Shown here one piece after another: positions 18,604 through 26,671 of a stretch of DNA of 64,000 nucleotides. The notes beneath the pieces were generated by a model. The model saw only the letters and a list, made by a program, of their open reading frames with translations. It ran no database searches and had not been told where the DNA came from. The translations under genes were made by a program, and so were the position numbers. How positions within the stretch are numbered: position 1 is the stretch's first letter; each line of letters starts with the position of its first letter. The stretch comes from Candidatus Sericytochromatia bacterium (GTDB taxonomy: Bacteria > Cyanobacteriota > Sericytochromatia > S15B-MN24 > UBA4093), in NCBI GenBank assembly GCA_036676985.1, contig JAKFBU010000023.1, positions 128,001 to 192,000 on the forward strand, given 5' to 3'.

Positions 18604-20910
18604 GGCGATCGGCCAGTAAAGGGTCACGGTCGTTCCTCGGCCGACCTCGCTTTCGATGGCAAACCGCGCCCCGTGCCACTCGGCGATGGTCCTCACCAGC
18701 GAGAGGCCGAGACCCGTTCCGGCGAGCGACAGGGCGTTCTCCGATCCGCCTTCGAAGGCCGTCCCCGCCTTGGCCAGCTGCTCGGGCGTCATGCCGGTCC
18801 CCGTGTCCACGACCCTCAAGACGGCCTCATGGTCGCCAGCCTCGGCCCTGATGGCGACTGTCCCGTCCGGCGTGAACTTCACGGCGTTGGAGACGAGGTT
18901 GAGCAGCACCTGCTGCAACCGTCGGGCATCGGCCTGAAGCATGGGCAGACGCTCGACCTCCACCCAATCGACCTCCAGCCGGGTGTCGGCCGCCTTTGCC
19001 AGAGGTTCCAGCAGCGGCACGACCGTCCCCAAGGCTTCCGCGCATGAGACGGGAGCCAGAGCCAGGACCAGGCGCCGGGACTCGTGCTTCGCGTGGTCGA
19101 GCACCCCGTCGATGAGAGCGCCGAGCGCGAGGGCATTGCCCCGGATGACGCCCACCTCCTGCCGGACGTCATCGGACAAGGGACCGAAGAGGCCGCGCTC
19201 GAGGCCCTGGCAGACGTAGCCAATGCTCGCGAGCGGCGCCCGCAGGTCGTGGCTCGCCTGGCCGAAGGCCTCGCCCCGGATCCGATCGATCTCCTGGAGG
19301 CGCGCGATGACATCCTCCGACTCGACCAGCTGGCGGATGTAGCGCTCCTGCTCGACGAGCTGCTGCTGCAGCCTGGCGAGCAGCTCGGAGGTACGCAGGG
19401 CGAAAGAGAGCTGCTGGCAGAGGGCCTGGACCAGGGCTCGGTCTTCCGGACCGTAGGGAAGATCCGCCTGACGCGGTCCCAGGGTCACGGTCCCGAGCGG
19501 ATCTCCGCCCACCGCGAGCGGCACGGTGAGGCCGCCGTCCGCAAGCACCCGGGTGCCGGGGCTCGGAGCCGTCGTCTCGCGGATGTCGAGGCTCGTCGGA
19601 TGCAGGGCCTCCTGGAGCTCCCGGGCGAAGGACTCCTTGACGGTCTCGAGGTCCAGCGTGCGCCGGGTGAGCGCGCCGAACCGGGCCACGATGGCCTGGA
19701 AGTCGTAGGGCGCCCGGAAGAAGGTCCGGTCGAGGTGGGCCTTGATGGCGTCGCGCAGGGGAGCATAGCTGACGGCGATGCCTGCGGTGAGGGCGAGCTG
19801 CATCCACAGGGCCGGCTGCTGGACCACGAGCCCGACGGCGAGGGAGGCCAGGAGATACGCGCCGCCAAGCAGCACGGTGACGAGGGTGTAGGTGAGCGAT
19901 CGCCTCAGGACGAGGCTCACGTCGAAGAGTCGGTGGCGCACGATGGCGTAGGCGATGAGGGCCGGAAAGGTGAGGTACCACGCCGCCGCGAGCTGGAAGG
20001 GGAAGGGCTCGAAACCGACGACGTTGCACGAGCTCCAGATGACCGATGGAGCCGTCGAGAGCATCAGCCCCAGAATGACGAGGTCCACCTGGCGGCGGAC
20101 ATGCAGGCCGGGCATGCGCAGGCGCGTCCAGAACAGGCCCGCCAGGCCAAGGAGGAACCCCATGCCCAGGCTTCCCAGGATGACCAGCCACAACGTGTTC
20201 AGCGCCGCGGGAATCGCGCCCACGAGCGCGTACGTCACGCCGAGGAGCGCGCAGAGCCCCGCAAAGCCCGCGACCAGGAGGCGGTGGCGCGCCTCCAGGG
20301 GCCCCGGGCGGAAGATGACGGCGAGGGGGACCATGGTCGCCGGCAACTGGGTCAGGGCCAGGATCCAGAAGAGCCGGAAGGAGTGGTCCGTGGCGTTGTC
20401 GAAGATCGTCAGGTTGTAGGTGGCGGCCACCATGCAGAAGTAGTAGAGCAGCGCCGAGTCCCGCCGGTCCGGGCGCATGCGCCGCACCCAGGCTCCCAGG
20501 AACAGGTACATGAAGCCGCTCGCCAGAGGCAGGCCCGCGACGGCGAGCAGATCCGACCAGTCGAAGCGTGAGACCTCGAGCACCACTGGCCCGCGGCCAT
20601 CAAAGGCGTACACGTGCGTCTCGCCCGGGGTGAAGGTCCGTAGGATCTCCCGGAGATCGGCCGAGGTCTCGACCGATCGGCCGTCGACGGAGAGCAGTTG
20701 CTCGTTGGGCAGGATGCCTTTACGGTGGCCCTCCCACGTCGAGCGCATGGCTAGCTGATTGACGGTCAATCGCTCGGCCCAGAGGAAGCCGGGGAAGGGA
20801 CGTCCTACCCACTGTACGGCCTCCCAGGCGCATGCCAGGCCGAGGAGCAGGATGGCGATCGCCGCCAGGGCCTCGAGAGATCGCAGGGATGGTCGGCGCA
20901 CGGGGTTCAA
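18523..20910 (-). CDS. membrane sensor histidine kinase (PDZ-like, multi-TM, HisKA/HATPase)
   Basis: SHDLRAPL H-box, NLVSNAVKFT, DTGTGM, GTGLGL; start uncertain. Confidence 0.88.
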   Translation of the reverse strand: MNPVRRPSLRSLEALAAIAILLLGLACAWEAVQWVGRPFPGFLWAERLTVNQLAMRSTWEGHRKGILPNEQLLSVDGRSVETSADLREILRTFTPGETHVYAFDGRGPVVLEVSRFDWSDLLAVAGLPLASGFMYLFLGAWVRRMRPDRRDSALLYYFCMVAATYNLTIFDNATDHSFRLFWILALTQLPATMVPLAVIFRPGPLEARHRLLVAGFAGLCALLGVTYALVGAIPAALNTLWLVILGSLGMGFLLGLAGLFWTRLRMPGLHVRRQVDLVILGLMLSTAPSVIWSSCNVVGFEPFPFQLAAAWYLTFPALIAYAIVRHRLFDVSLVLRRSLTYTLVTVLLGGAYLLASLAVGLVVQQPALWMQLALTAGIAVSYAPLRDAIKAHLDRTFFRAPYDFQAIVARFGALTRRTLDLETVKESFARELQEALHPTSLDIRETTAPSPGTRVLADGGLTVPLAVGGDPLGTVTLGPRQADLPYGPEDRALVQALCQQLSFALRTSELLARLQQQLVEQERYIRQLVESEDVIARLQEIDRIRGEAFGQASHDLRAPLASIGYVCQGLERGLFGPLSDDVRQEVGVIRGNALALGALIDGVLDHAKHESRRLVLALAPVSCAEALGTVVPLLEPLAKAADTRLEVDWVEVERLPMLQADARRLQQVLLNLVSNAVKFTPDGTVAIRAEAGDHEAVLRVVDTGTGMTPEQLAKAGTAFEGGSENALSLAGTGLGLSLVRTIAEWHGARFAIESEVGRGTTVTLYWPIASAEAALDGAEHRVEVHRLGEEPARPQ

Positions 20911-21050
20911 TCAGGCCTCGAGACGCGAGCGAGTGGGACGAATCGTCGCGAGGGCATTGTACCCAGGCGACGCCGCGACGGATCGTGCGCGTTTGTCGGG
21001 CTGTGCCCCGGGGCATAGTCTCTTCGCCGACGTCACGAGAGGAGGAGCGA

Positions 21051-21614
21051 TTGTCGCTTCGCTACGCGATCCTGGGGCTCCTTTCCCTGGGCGACTTCAC
21101 GGGCTACGACCTGAGCAAGCGCTTCACCGGCTCCATCGGGTTCTTCTGGTCCGCCAAGCACAGCCAGATCTACCCGGAGCTCGCCAAGCTCTCGGACGAG
21201 GGGTGCGTCACGTTCCGGCAGGTCGAGCAGGACTCCCGCCCCAACAAGAAGCTCTACTCGATCACCGAGAGCGGCCGGCAGGACCTCCAGGACTGGCTCG
21301 CTAGCCCGCTCGAGCCCCGCTCCTTCAAGGACCCCGTCTTGCTCCGCGCCTTCTGCGCGAGCCGGATGGACCGCGAGGATCTGTGCGCCCAGCTCGAGGA
21401 GACCGCGCAGGCCAACCGCGACCGACTGCACGTCTACCAGGAAATCGAGGCGAGCCTGGAAGCCGGGAGCGAGACCGATCCCTCGCACCCTTTGGTGGGG
21501 GCCTACCTGACGCTACGCTTCGCCATGATGCAGGCGAGCGCCTACGTGGCCTGGTGCGAGTGGGCCGTGGATTACCTGAGAAGCGGAGTGCGGGCAACCA
21601 CCCGGAGCTCATGA
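21051..21614 (+). CDS. PadR family transcriptional regulator
   Basis: GGAGGAG RBS then TTG; LRYAILGLL, TGYDL, SQIYPEL, KKLYSITESG. Confidence 0.9.
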   Translation: MSLRYAILGLLSLGDFTGYDLSKRFTGSIGFFWSAKHSQIYPELAKLSDEGCVTFRQVEQDSRPNKKLYSITESGRQDLQDWLASPLEPRSFKDPVLLRAFCASRMDREDLCAQLEETAQANRDRLHVYQEIEASLEAGSETDPSHPLVGAYLTLRFAMMQASAYVAWCEWAVDYLRSGVRATTRSS

Positions 21615-21647
21615 CGAACAGATCGTCTCGTTGGCGAGCGCCTTTCG

Positions 21648-21682
21648 AAAAGGCCCACACCCGAACGGGTGTGGGCCTTTTC
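21648..21682. terminator. bidirectional terminator
   Basis: AAAAGGCCCACACCCG-AA-CGGGTGTGGGCCTTTT between convergent genes. Confidence 0.8.
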
Positions 21683-21699
21683 GGAAGACGCGAATCCGA

Positions 21700-22497
21700 T
21701 TAGCCGAGCGAGACGTCGAGCCCCTCGTCCAGGTCTCCTCCGCGGCGCACGAGCCAGCGGTTGGGCGCCGAGTAGCCGCCCTCCTCGCCGTCGGAGAACT
21801 GCTGGTTACCGGCGCCGGCGCCCTGGTTGGCCACCTCGACCTTGATCTCGGCGGGCTTGAGGTTGTGCGAGGTGAGCACGCTCTGGATGGCGTTCATCTG
21901 GCGCTCGAGGGCCTCTTTCGCCTGCTGGCTGGCCGCGAGGACCGAGACCGCCACCGTCTGCTGCTGCAGGGTGAAGGTCATCTGCAGCTTGCCCAGGTGC
22001 TCCGGGGCGATCTGAACCGACAGGCGGGAGACGGGCTCCCCCTTGACCTGCATCTGGCTGAACTGCGCCATGATCATGTTCGGGAAGTGCGCCTCGTGGA
22101 TGGGCGCCCCCTCCTTGACCGCCTCCAGGACCTGGTGGGCGTCGTACTGGGCGGTCGGGTTGAGGACGTTCAGCACGATGGGCTTGGAGAAGCCGTCTTC
22201 GACCATGGGCGCCTGCGGCAGGTCGCCCAGGGCCTTCATGAGCCAGGCGGGTTTCACCGCGGCGCCCGCGAACGCCGCCGCATAGTTCTCGGGCTCCAGC
22301 TGGGTCGCCATCTCCTCGGTCAAGGGAGCCCAGCCGGGAGGCATGACCCGGTTGAGGTGGGCGTCGAAGGGCTCCTTGGGGGCGTCCTTGCGCTTGTCCT
22401 CGACCTTGCGCTCGGCCTTCTCGTCGTCGGCCTTGATCTTCTCGGTGTTTGGCCTAGCCACCACGGCGTCGACCGGGATCGGAATACTCGGCAGCAT
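21700..22497 (-). CDS. fliK: hook/needle length control protein (FliK-like C-terminal domain)
   Basis: VQIAPEHLGKL...AKEALERQM T3S4-type domain. Confidence 0.7.
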   Translation of the reverse strand: MLPSIPIPVDAVVARPNTEKIKADDEKAERKVEDKRKDAPKEPFDAHLNRVMPPGWAPLTEEMATQLEPENYAAAFAGAAVKPAWLMKALGDLPQAPMVEDGFSKPIVLNVLNPTAQYDAHQVLEAVKEGAPIHEAHFPNMIMAQFSQMQVKGEPVSRLSVQIAPEHLGKLQMTFTLQQQTVAVSVLAASQQAKEALERQMNAIQSVLTSHNLKPAEIKVEVANQGAGAGNQQFSDGEEGGYSAPNRWLVRRGGDLDEGLDVSLG

Positions 22498-22512
22498 GCG
22501 CCCTCCTTCCCC

Positions 22513-23112
22513 CTAACGGCCCCACTCGGTGTTGATGCGCTCGGCCTCTTGCTGAGCGGTCTGAAGGAACCCCTGCATCCAAGAGCTCTCCGCGAGCATG
22601 GCCGCAGCCTGCTCCTCGGCCTCGCGACGCTCGTTGTACTCCGCCTCTTCCTCCTCGTCGGCGAGGCGGCGGCGCTGCTTGGCCAGGTACATGTTGCCGG
22701 CCATCTCATCGAGCCTCAGGGCCTCGAGACGCTTCTCCTCGGCGAGCCAGCGCTCGTGCATCTTGGACTTGTGCTTCTTGACGACCTCGGAGTCGCGCTG
22801 CGCCTTCTTGTAGGCGGCATCGACCTCCATGACCCGGGCCTGGGCGGCCTTCCACTTCTTTTCCTGGACGGCGATCTTTTCCTTGAGGGAGTTGAGGTAG
22901 TCGTTGGACATCTGCACGTCGGCGGTGCGCCCGGCGGCCAGCTGATCGTTCATCGACTTCTGGGACTGCTGCTCGCGCCCCTTGAGGTCCTCGAGCGCGT
23001 CCTTCTCGGCCTGCTCGACGCGCTTGACGTCCGCGAGCTCGAGCTTGAGGTTGTCCTCGCGCTTGAGGCGCATGTTGAGGACCTTCTGAAGGCGGTACTG
23101 AAACTTGGCCAC
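22513..23112 (-). CDS. fliJ: flagellar export protein FliJ-like
   Basis: MAKFQYRLQKVLNMR...E, coiled coil, LRLDEMA. Confidence 0.75.
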   Translation of the reverse strand: MAKFQYRLQKVLNMRLKREDNLKLELADVKRVEQAEKDALEDLKGREQQSQKSMNDQLAAGRTADVQMSNDYLNSLKEKIAVQEKKWKAAQARVMEVDAAYKKAQRDSEVVKKHKSKMHERWLAEEKRLEALRLDEMAGNMYLAKQRRRLADEEEEAEYNERREAEEQAAAMLAESSWMQGFLQTAQQEAERINTEWGR

Positions 23113-23204
23113 GCGCCCTCCGATGCGAAGAAGCGGCCCACCCGGGGTGGTCCGCAAACTCCTATGCTTCCTCGGTTATACCCGGAATTGAGCGAGCGAT
23201 AACC

Positions 23205-23942
23205 TTACTTTCGCCCGAACAACGACCCGAAGAGCGTCTGAAAGAGCGACGTGCGCTTCTTCTTGAAGGGGTTGGTGCCGGTCGCCTTGGCCGCTCCCTT
23301 GCGCCCCTTGGCCTCGGCCTTGCCCTTCTTCTTTTTCTTGCCCTTCTTGTCCTTGGCCTCTTCCTCCTCGGCCTGCGCCTTCTCCATGGCCTTGAGCTGG
23401 CCGCGGATCTTGATGGCGAGGGCATCCTTGGGGTCGAGCTTGAGGGCCGCGTTGATCTCGGCCATGGCGTAGGCGACCCAGCCCATCTTCTGGTAGGTCA
23501 CGGCCAGCATGGTGTGGTATTGCGCCACCGAGGGGTCGATCCGGACGGCCTCCTTGAAGGCGTCGAGCGCGCCCTTGATGTTCTTGTCCATCTGGAGGGC
23601 GATGCCTTGCCGGAAGCGCTTCTCGGCCATCTCACGCCGCTGGGCCGCCTCTTCGGGGGAAATGGCGGGGACCTCGGGCTCGGGGTCCGGGGTGCTGACG
23701 TTCATGCGGCGCATGAAGTCGTACTCGTTGCGCTTCTCGGTGTCCTTGAGGACGTTGTAGGCGTACGAGACCTTGGCGAACTTCTGCTGAGCCTCTTCGC
23801 GGACTTCAGGCGGCTTGTCGACGTAGCGATCGGGGTGCAGGGTGACGGCGAGCTTCTTGTAGGCCTTGCGGATCTCGGCGTCCACAGCCTCGGGGCTGAC
23901 GCCTAGGATCTCGTATAGGTCCTCATCCGTGACGAATTCCAC
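23205..23942 (-). CDS. J-domain plus TPR protein
   Basis: [16 protein letters not shown]; TPR helices; Lys-rich tail. Confidence 0.88.
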   Translation of the reverse strand: MEFVTDEDLYEILGVSPEAVDAEIRKAYKKLAVTLHPDRYVDKPPEVREEAQQKFAKVSYAYNVLKDTEKRNEYDFMRRMNVSTPDPEPEVPAISPEEAAQRREMAEKRFRQGIALQMDKNIKGALDAFKEAVRIDPSVAQYHTMLAVTYQKMGWVAYAMAEINAALKLDPKDALAIKIRGQLKAMEKAQAEEEEAKDKKGKKKKKGKAEAKGRKGAAKATGTNPFKKKRTSLFQTLFGSLFGRK

Positions 23943-23954
23943 GAAGCTCCTCGA

Positions 23955-24671
23955 TCAGCGCAGCAGGCTCTTGGCCGTGTCCAGGCGAGTCTGGTAGTCA
24001 TTGGTGAAGAGCTGCTCGATGTATCCCTCGTCGAGGTCGCGGGTCTCCACCACCGGGCCGAGGCAGTTGATGACCGTCCGCGTCACCGGGTGGTAGGTCC
24101 AGTGCGTGATCTCCTCGGGGCGGATCCGCAGGGCCTTGGTCCAGAACTGCTCAGCTGCCTGATAATACTCTAGTCCGCTCGCATCGTCGAGGGCTGCGCA
24201 ACAATGGCCGGCGAGCTCGAAGGCGAGTCCGACCCCCCACATCTCGGTGTTGTTGTCGCTGGAATAGCCCGGCAGGCTGCGGAGCGCCTCCTCCACGAAG
24301 ATGAGGGCTCTTCGGTAGGCCGCCTCGGCCGTCTTGGGGCGCTTGGCGCGGTAGTAGAAGCTGCCTGCGCGCAGCATCTCGTAGATCTGCGAGTGGAAGA
24401 CGCCGAAGGTCGGTTTGCCCCGGTCGATGAGCTCGTGTCCCGAGCAGTCGAGGCCCATCTGGTGCTGGGCCACGATCTCCAGGCAGCGGGCCGCCTGGTA
24501 GTACTGCCCGATGGCCACCAGGTGATCGACGACGCGCGTCACCTCGGAGGCCGACAGCGTCGCCACGTTGAGGATGGCGAACGAGAGCTGGTTGGGGTTG
24601 TCGAGATCGAGCTCCGGACCGGTACCATCCGCGCTCGGCATCCAGAGTTCGGGACGATCCTCAGGCAACAT
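23955..24671 (-). CDS. hypothetical helical (TPR-like) protein
   Basis: long ORF with GC3 codon bias, upstream of the J-domain gene. Confidence 0.6.
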   Translation of the reverse strand: MLPEDRPELWMPSADGTGPELDLDNPNQLSFAILNVATLSASEVTRVVDHLVAIGQYYQAARCLEIVAQHQMGLDCSGHELIDRGKPTFGVFHSQIYEMLRAGSFYYRAKRPKTAEAAYRRALIFVEEALRSLPGYSSDNNTEMWGVGLAFELAGHCCAALDDASGLEYYQAAEQFWTKALRIRPEEITHWTYHPVTRTVINCLGPVVETRDLDEGYIEQLFTNDYQTRLDTAKSLLR

Positions 24672-24829
24672 GGTCGGTTCACCTCGCTGTAACCCGCCAA
24701 ATTACCGCGGGGCGGGCAGCCTAAAGATCTTCTACCCACGGAAGCGCCCTAGGTTGCAGCCCGCGCCGGTGTTACAATGAGCCCATCAAGCATTATAGTG
24801 AGCCCTCCTTCTCCGACTCAAGGATCCCC

Positions 24830-26644
24830 ATGGCCAAGATCGCACGGCTGCCCATCCACATCGCCAACCAGATCGCGGCGGGCGAGGTCATCGAACGCCC
24901 GAGCTCCGTGGTCAAGGAGCTGGTCGAGAACGCCATCGACGCGGGTGCCACCCGCATCCAGGTCATCGTCTCGGACGGCGGGCGCAACCTGACGGTGGTC
25001 GACGACGGAGAGGGCATGACGGCCGAGGACGCGGTGCTTGCCTTCGAGCGCTTCGCCACCAGCAAGCTCAAGGATCCCGAGGACCTCTGGAAGCTCACGA
25101 CCATGGGCTTTCGCGGCGAGGCGCTGCCGAGCATCGCGTCGGTCTCGAAGGTCACGTGCACCACGCGCCAGAAAGGCGCCGAGTCGGGCGTGCGGGTGGT
25201 CATCCATGGGGGATCCGAGCCCGAGGTGACGCCCTTCGGCTGCCCCGAGGGGACCTCGATGCGCATCGAGGAGCTGTTCTTCAACACGCCCGCCCGCCGC
25301 AAGTTCCTGCGCGCCGACTCCACGGAGACGGGGCACGTGACGGAGGTGGTGACGGCCCTGGCGCTGGCGCACCCGGAGATCCACCTGAGCCTCAAGGCCA
25401 ACGAGCGGATGGTCTTCGACACCTCGGGCGCCACGGACCTCGAGACGACCGCGGCCCTGGTGCTCGGGGCGGACGTGGCCCGGAGCCTCCTGCCCGTCTC
25501 GGGCACGAGCCCCCACGGCACCATCCGCGGCCTGGTGAGCCCTCCGGAGCTCATCCGGAGCGATCGCAACAAGCAGTGGTTCTTCCTCAACGGCCGTGCG
25601 GTCCGCCACCCGACCCTCGCCAAGGCGGTCGAGGAGGCGATGACGGGGCACATCCCCTCGGGCCGGCACCCGATCTACATCCTCTCGCTGGAGGTGGACC
25701 CGGCGCGGGTGGACGTGAACGTCCATCCCACCAAAAAGGAGATCCGGCTCGCGGACTCGCAGAGCTTCTTCGTCCTGATCCGCGAGGCGGTGTCGCGGGC
25801 GCTCCTGAAGAGCCAGCCCTCCTTGCCAAGCGCCTATGGAGCGGGAGCCTACGGGGCGGGGCCTTTCGCTGCGCCTCCGGGCAGCCGCGAACCCTTTGCG
25901 TCGGCCGGCTACGAGCGCGAGACGCCGCCCTCCGTCGAGGCGACGCAGGCCGCCTTCGAGGCCTACCGTCCGACCTTCGCTCCCACGGCCCCCAAGGCGG
26001 CGGAGATTCGGCCGGTCTACCAGCCGCCCCTGCCGAACGCCGTGCCCATCGCGGCCACCACGCGCGCGGACGACTTTCCGTGGGACGAGATCCGGGTCAT
26101 TGGGCAGCTGCACGATACCTTCATCATGCTCGATCACCCGGACGGGCTGTACCTGCTCGATCAGCACAACAGCCACGAGCGGTACATGTACGAGAACCTG
26201 ACTCCCGCGAACCTGACGAGCCAGGAGCTGTTGCTGCCCCTGACGCTGGACCTCGCGCCCGCGGAGCGCGAGGCCCTGGCCGACCACCTGAAGCCCCTGA
26301 CGGAGCTCGGCTTCGTCATCGAGCCCTTCGGCGAGGAGACGTGGGCCATCCGGGCGGTGCCCGGCTTCTTGCCCATGACCGAGGCGGAGGAGACCATCCG
26401 TGAGCTCCTGGGCAAGGCTGCCGAGGCCCGGTTCGTCTCACCGACGAACAAGGAGGACAAGTGGCGGGTCACGATCGCCTGCCACTCGTCGACCCGGGCG
26501 GGCGATCATCTCACGATGGAGCAGATGCAGCGGATCGTGGAGCTGTGGCGCAAGTGCGAGCAGCCCTTCACCTGCCCGCATGGCCGCCCGACGGGCTTCC
26601 TGCTTTCGATGAACGAGCTGCAGCGGCGGTGCTTGCGGGGGTAA
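24830..26644 (+). CDS. mutL: DNA mismatch repair endonuclease MutL
   Basis: NQIAAGEVIERP, GFRGEAL, DVNVHPTK, DQH..HER, CPHGRP. Confidence 0.97.
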   Translation: MAKIARLPIHIANQIAAGEVIERPSSVVKELVENAIDAGATRIQVIVSDGGRNLTVVDDGEGMTAEDAVLAFERFATSKLKDPEDLWKLTTMGFRGEALPSIASVSKVTCTTRQKGAESGVRVVIHGGSEPEVTPFGCPEGTSMRIEELFFNTPARRKFLRADSTETGHVTEVVTALALAHPEIHLSLKANERMVFDTSGATDLETTAALVLGADVARSLLPVSGTSPHGTIRGLVSPPELIRSDRNKQWFFLNGRAVRHPTLAKAVEEAMTGHIPSGRHPIYILSLEVDPARVDVNVHPTKKEIRLADSQSFFVLIREAVSRALLKSQPSLPSAYGAGAYGAGPFAAPPGSREPFASAGYERETPPSVEATQAAFEAYRPTFAPTAPKAAEIRPVYQPPLPNAVPIAATTRADDFPWDEIRVIGQLHDTFIMLDHPDGLYLLDQHNSHERYMYENLTPANLTSQELLLPLTLDLAPAEREALADHLKPLTELGFVIEPFGEETWAIRAVPGFLPMTEAEETIRELLGKAAEARFVSPTNKEDKWRVTIACHSSTRAGDHLTMEQMQRIVELWRKCEQPFTCPHGRPTGFLLSMNELQRRCLRG

Positions 26645-26671
26645 CGGCGGACTGACAGCTAGCGGTACGTC

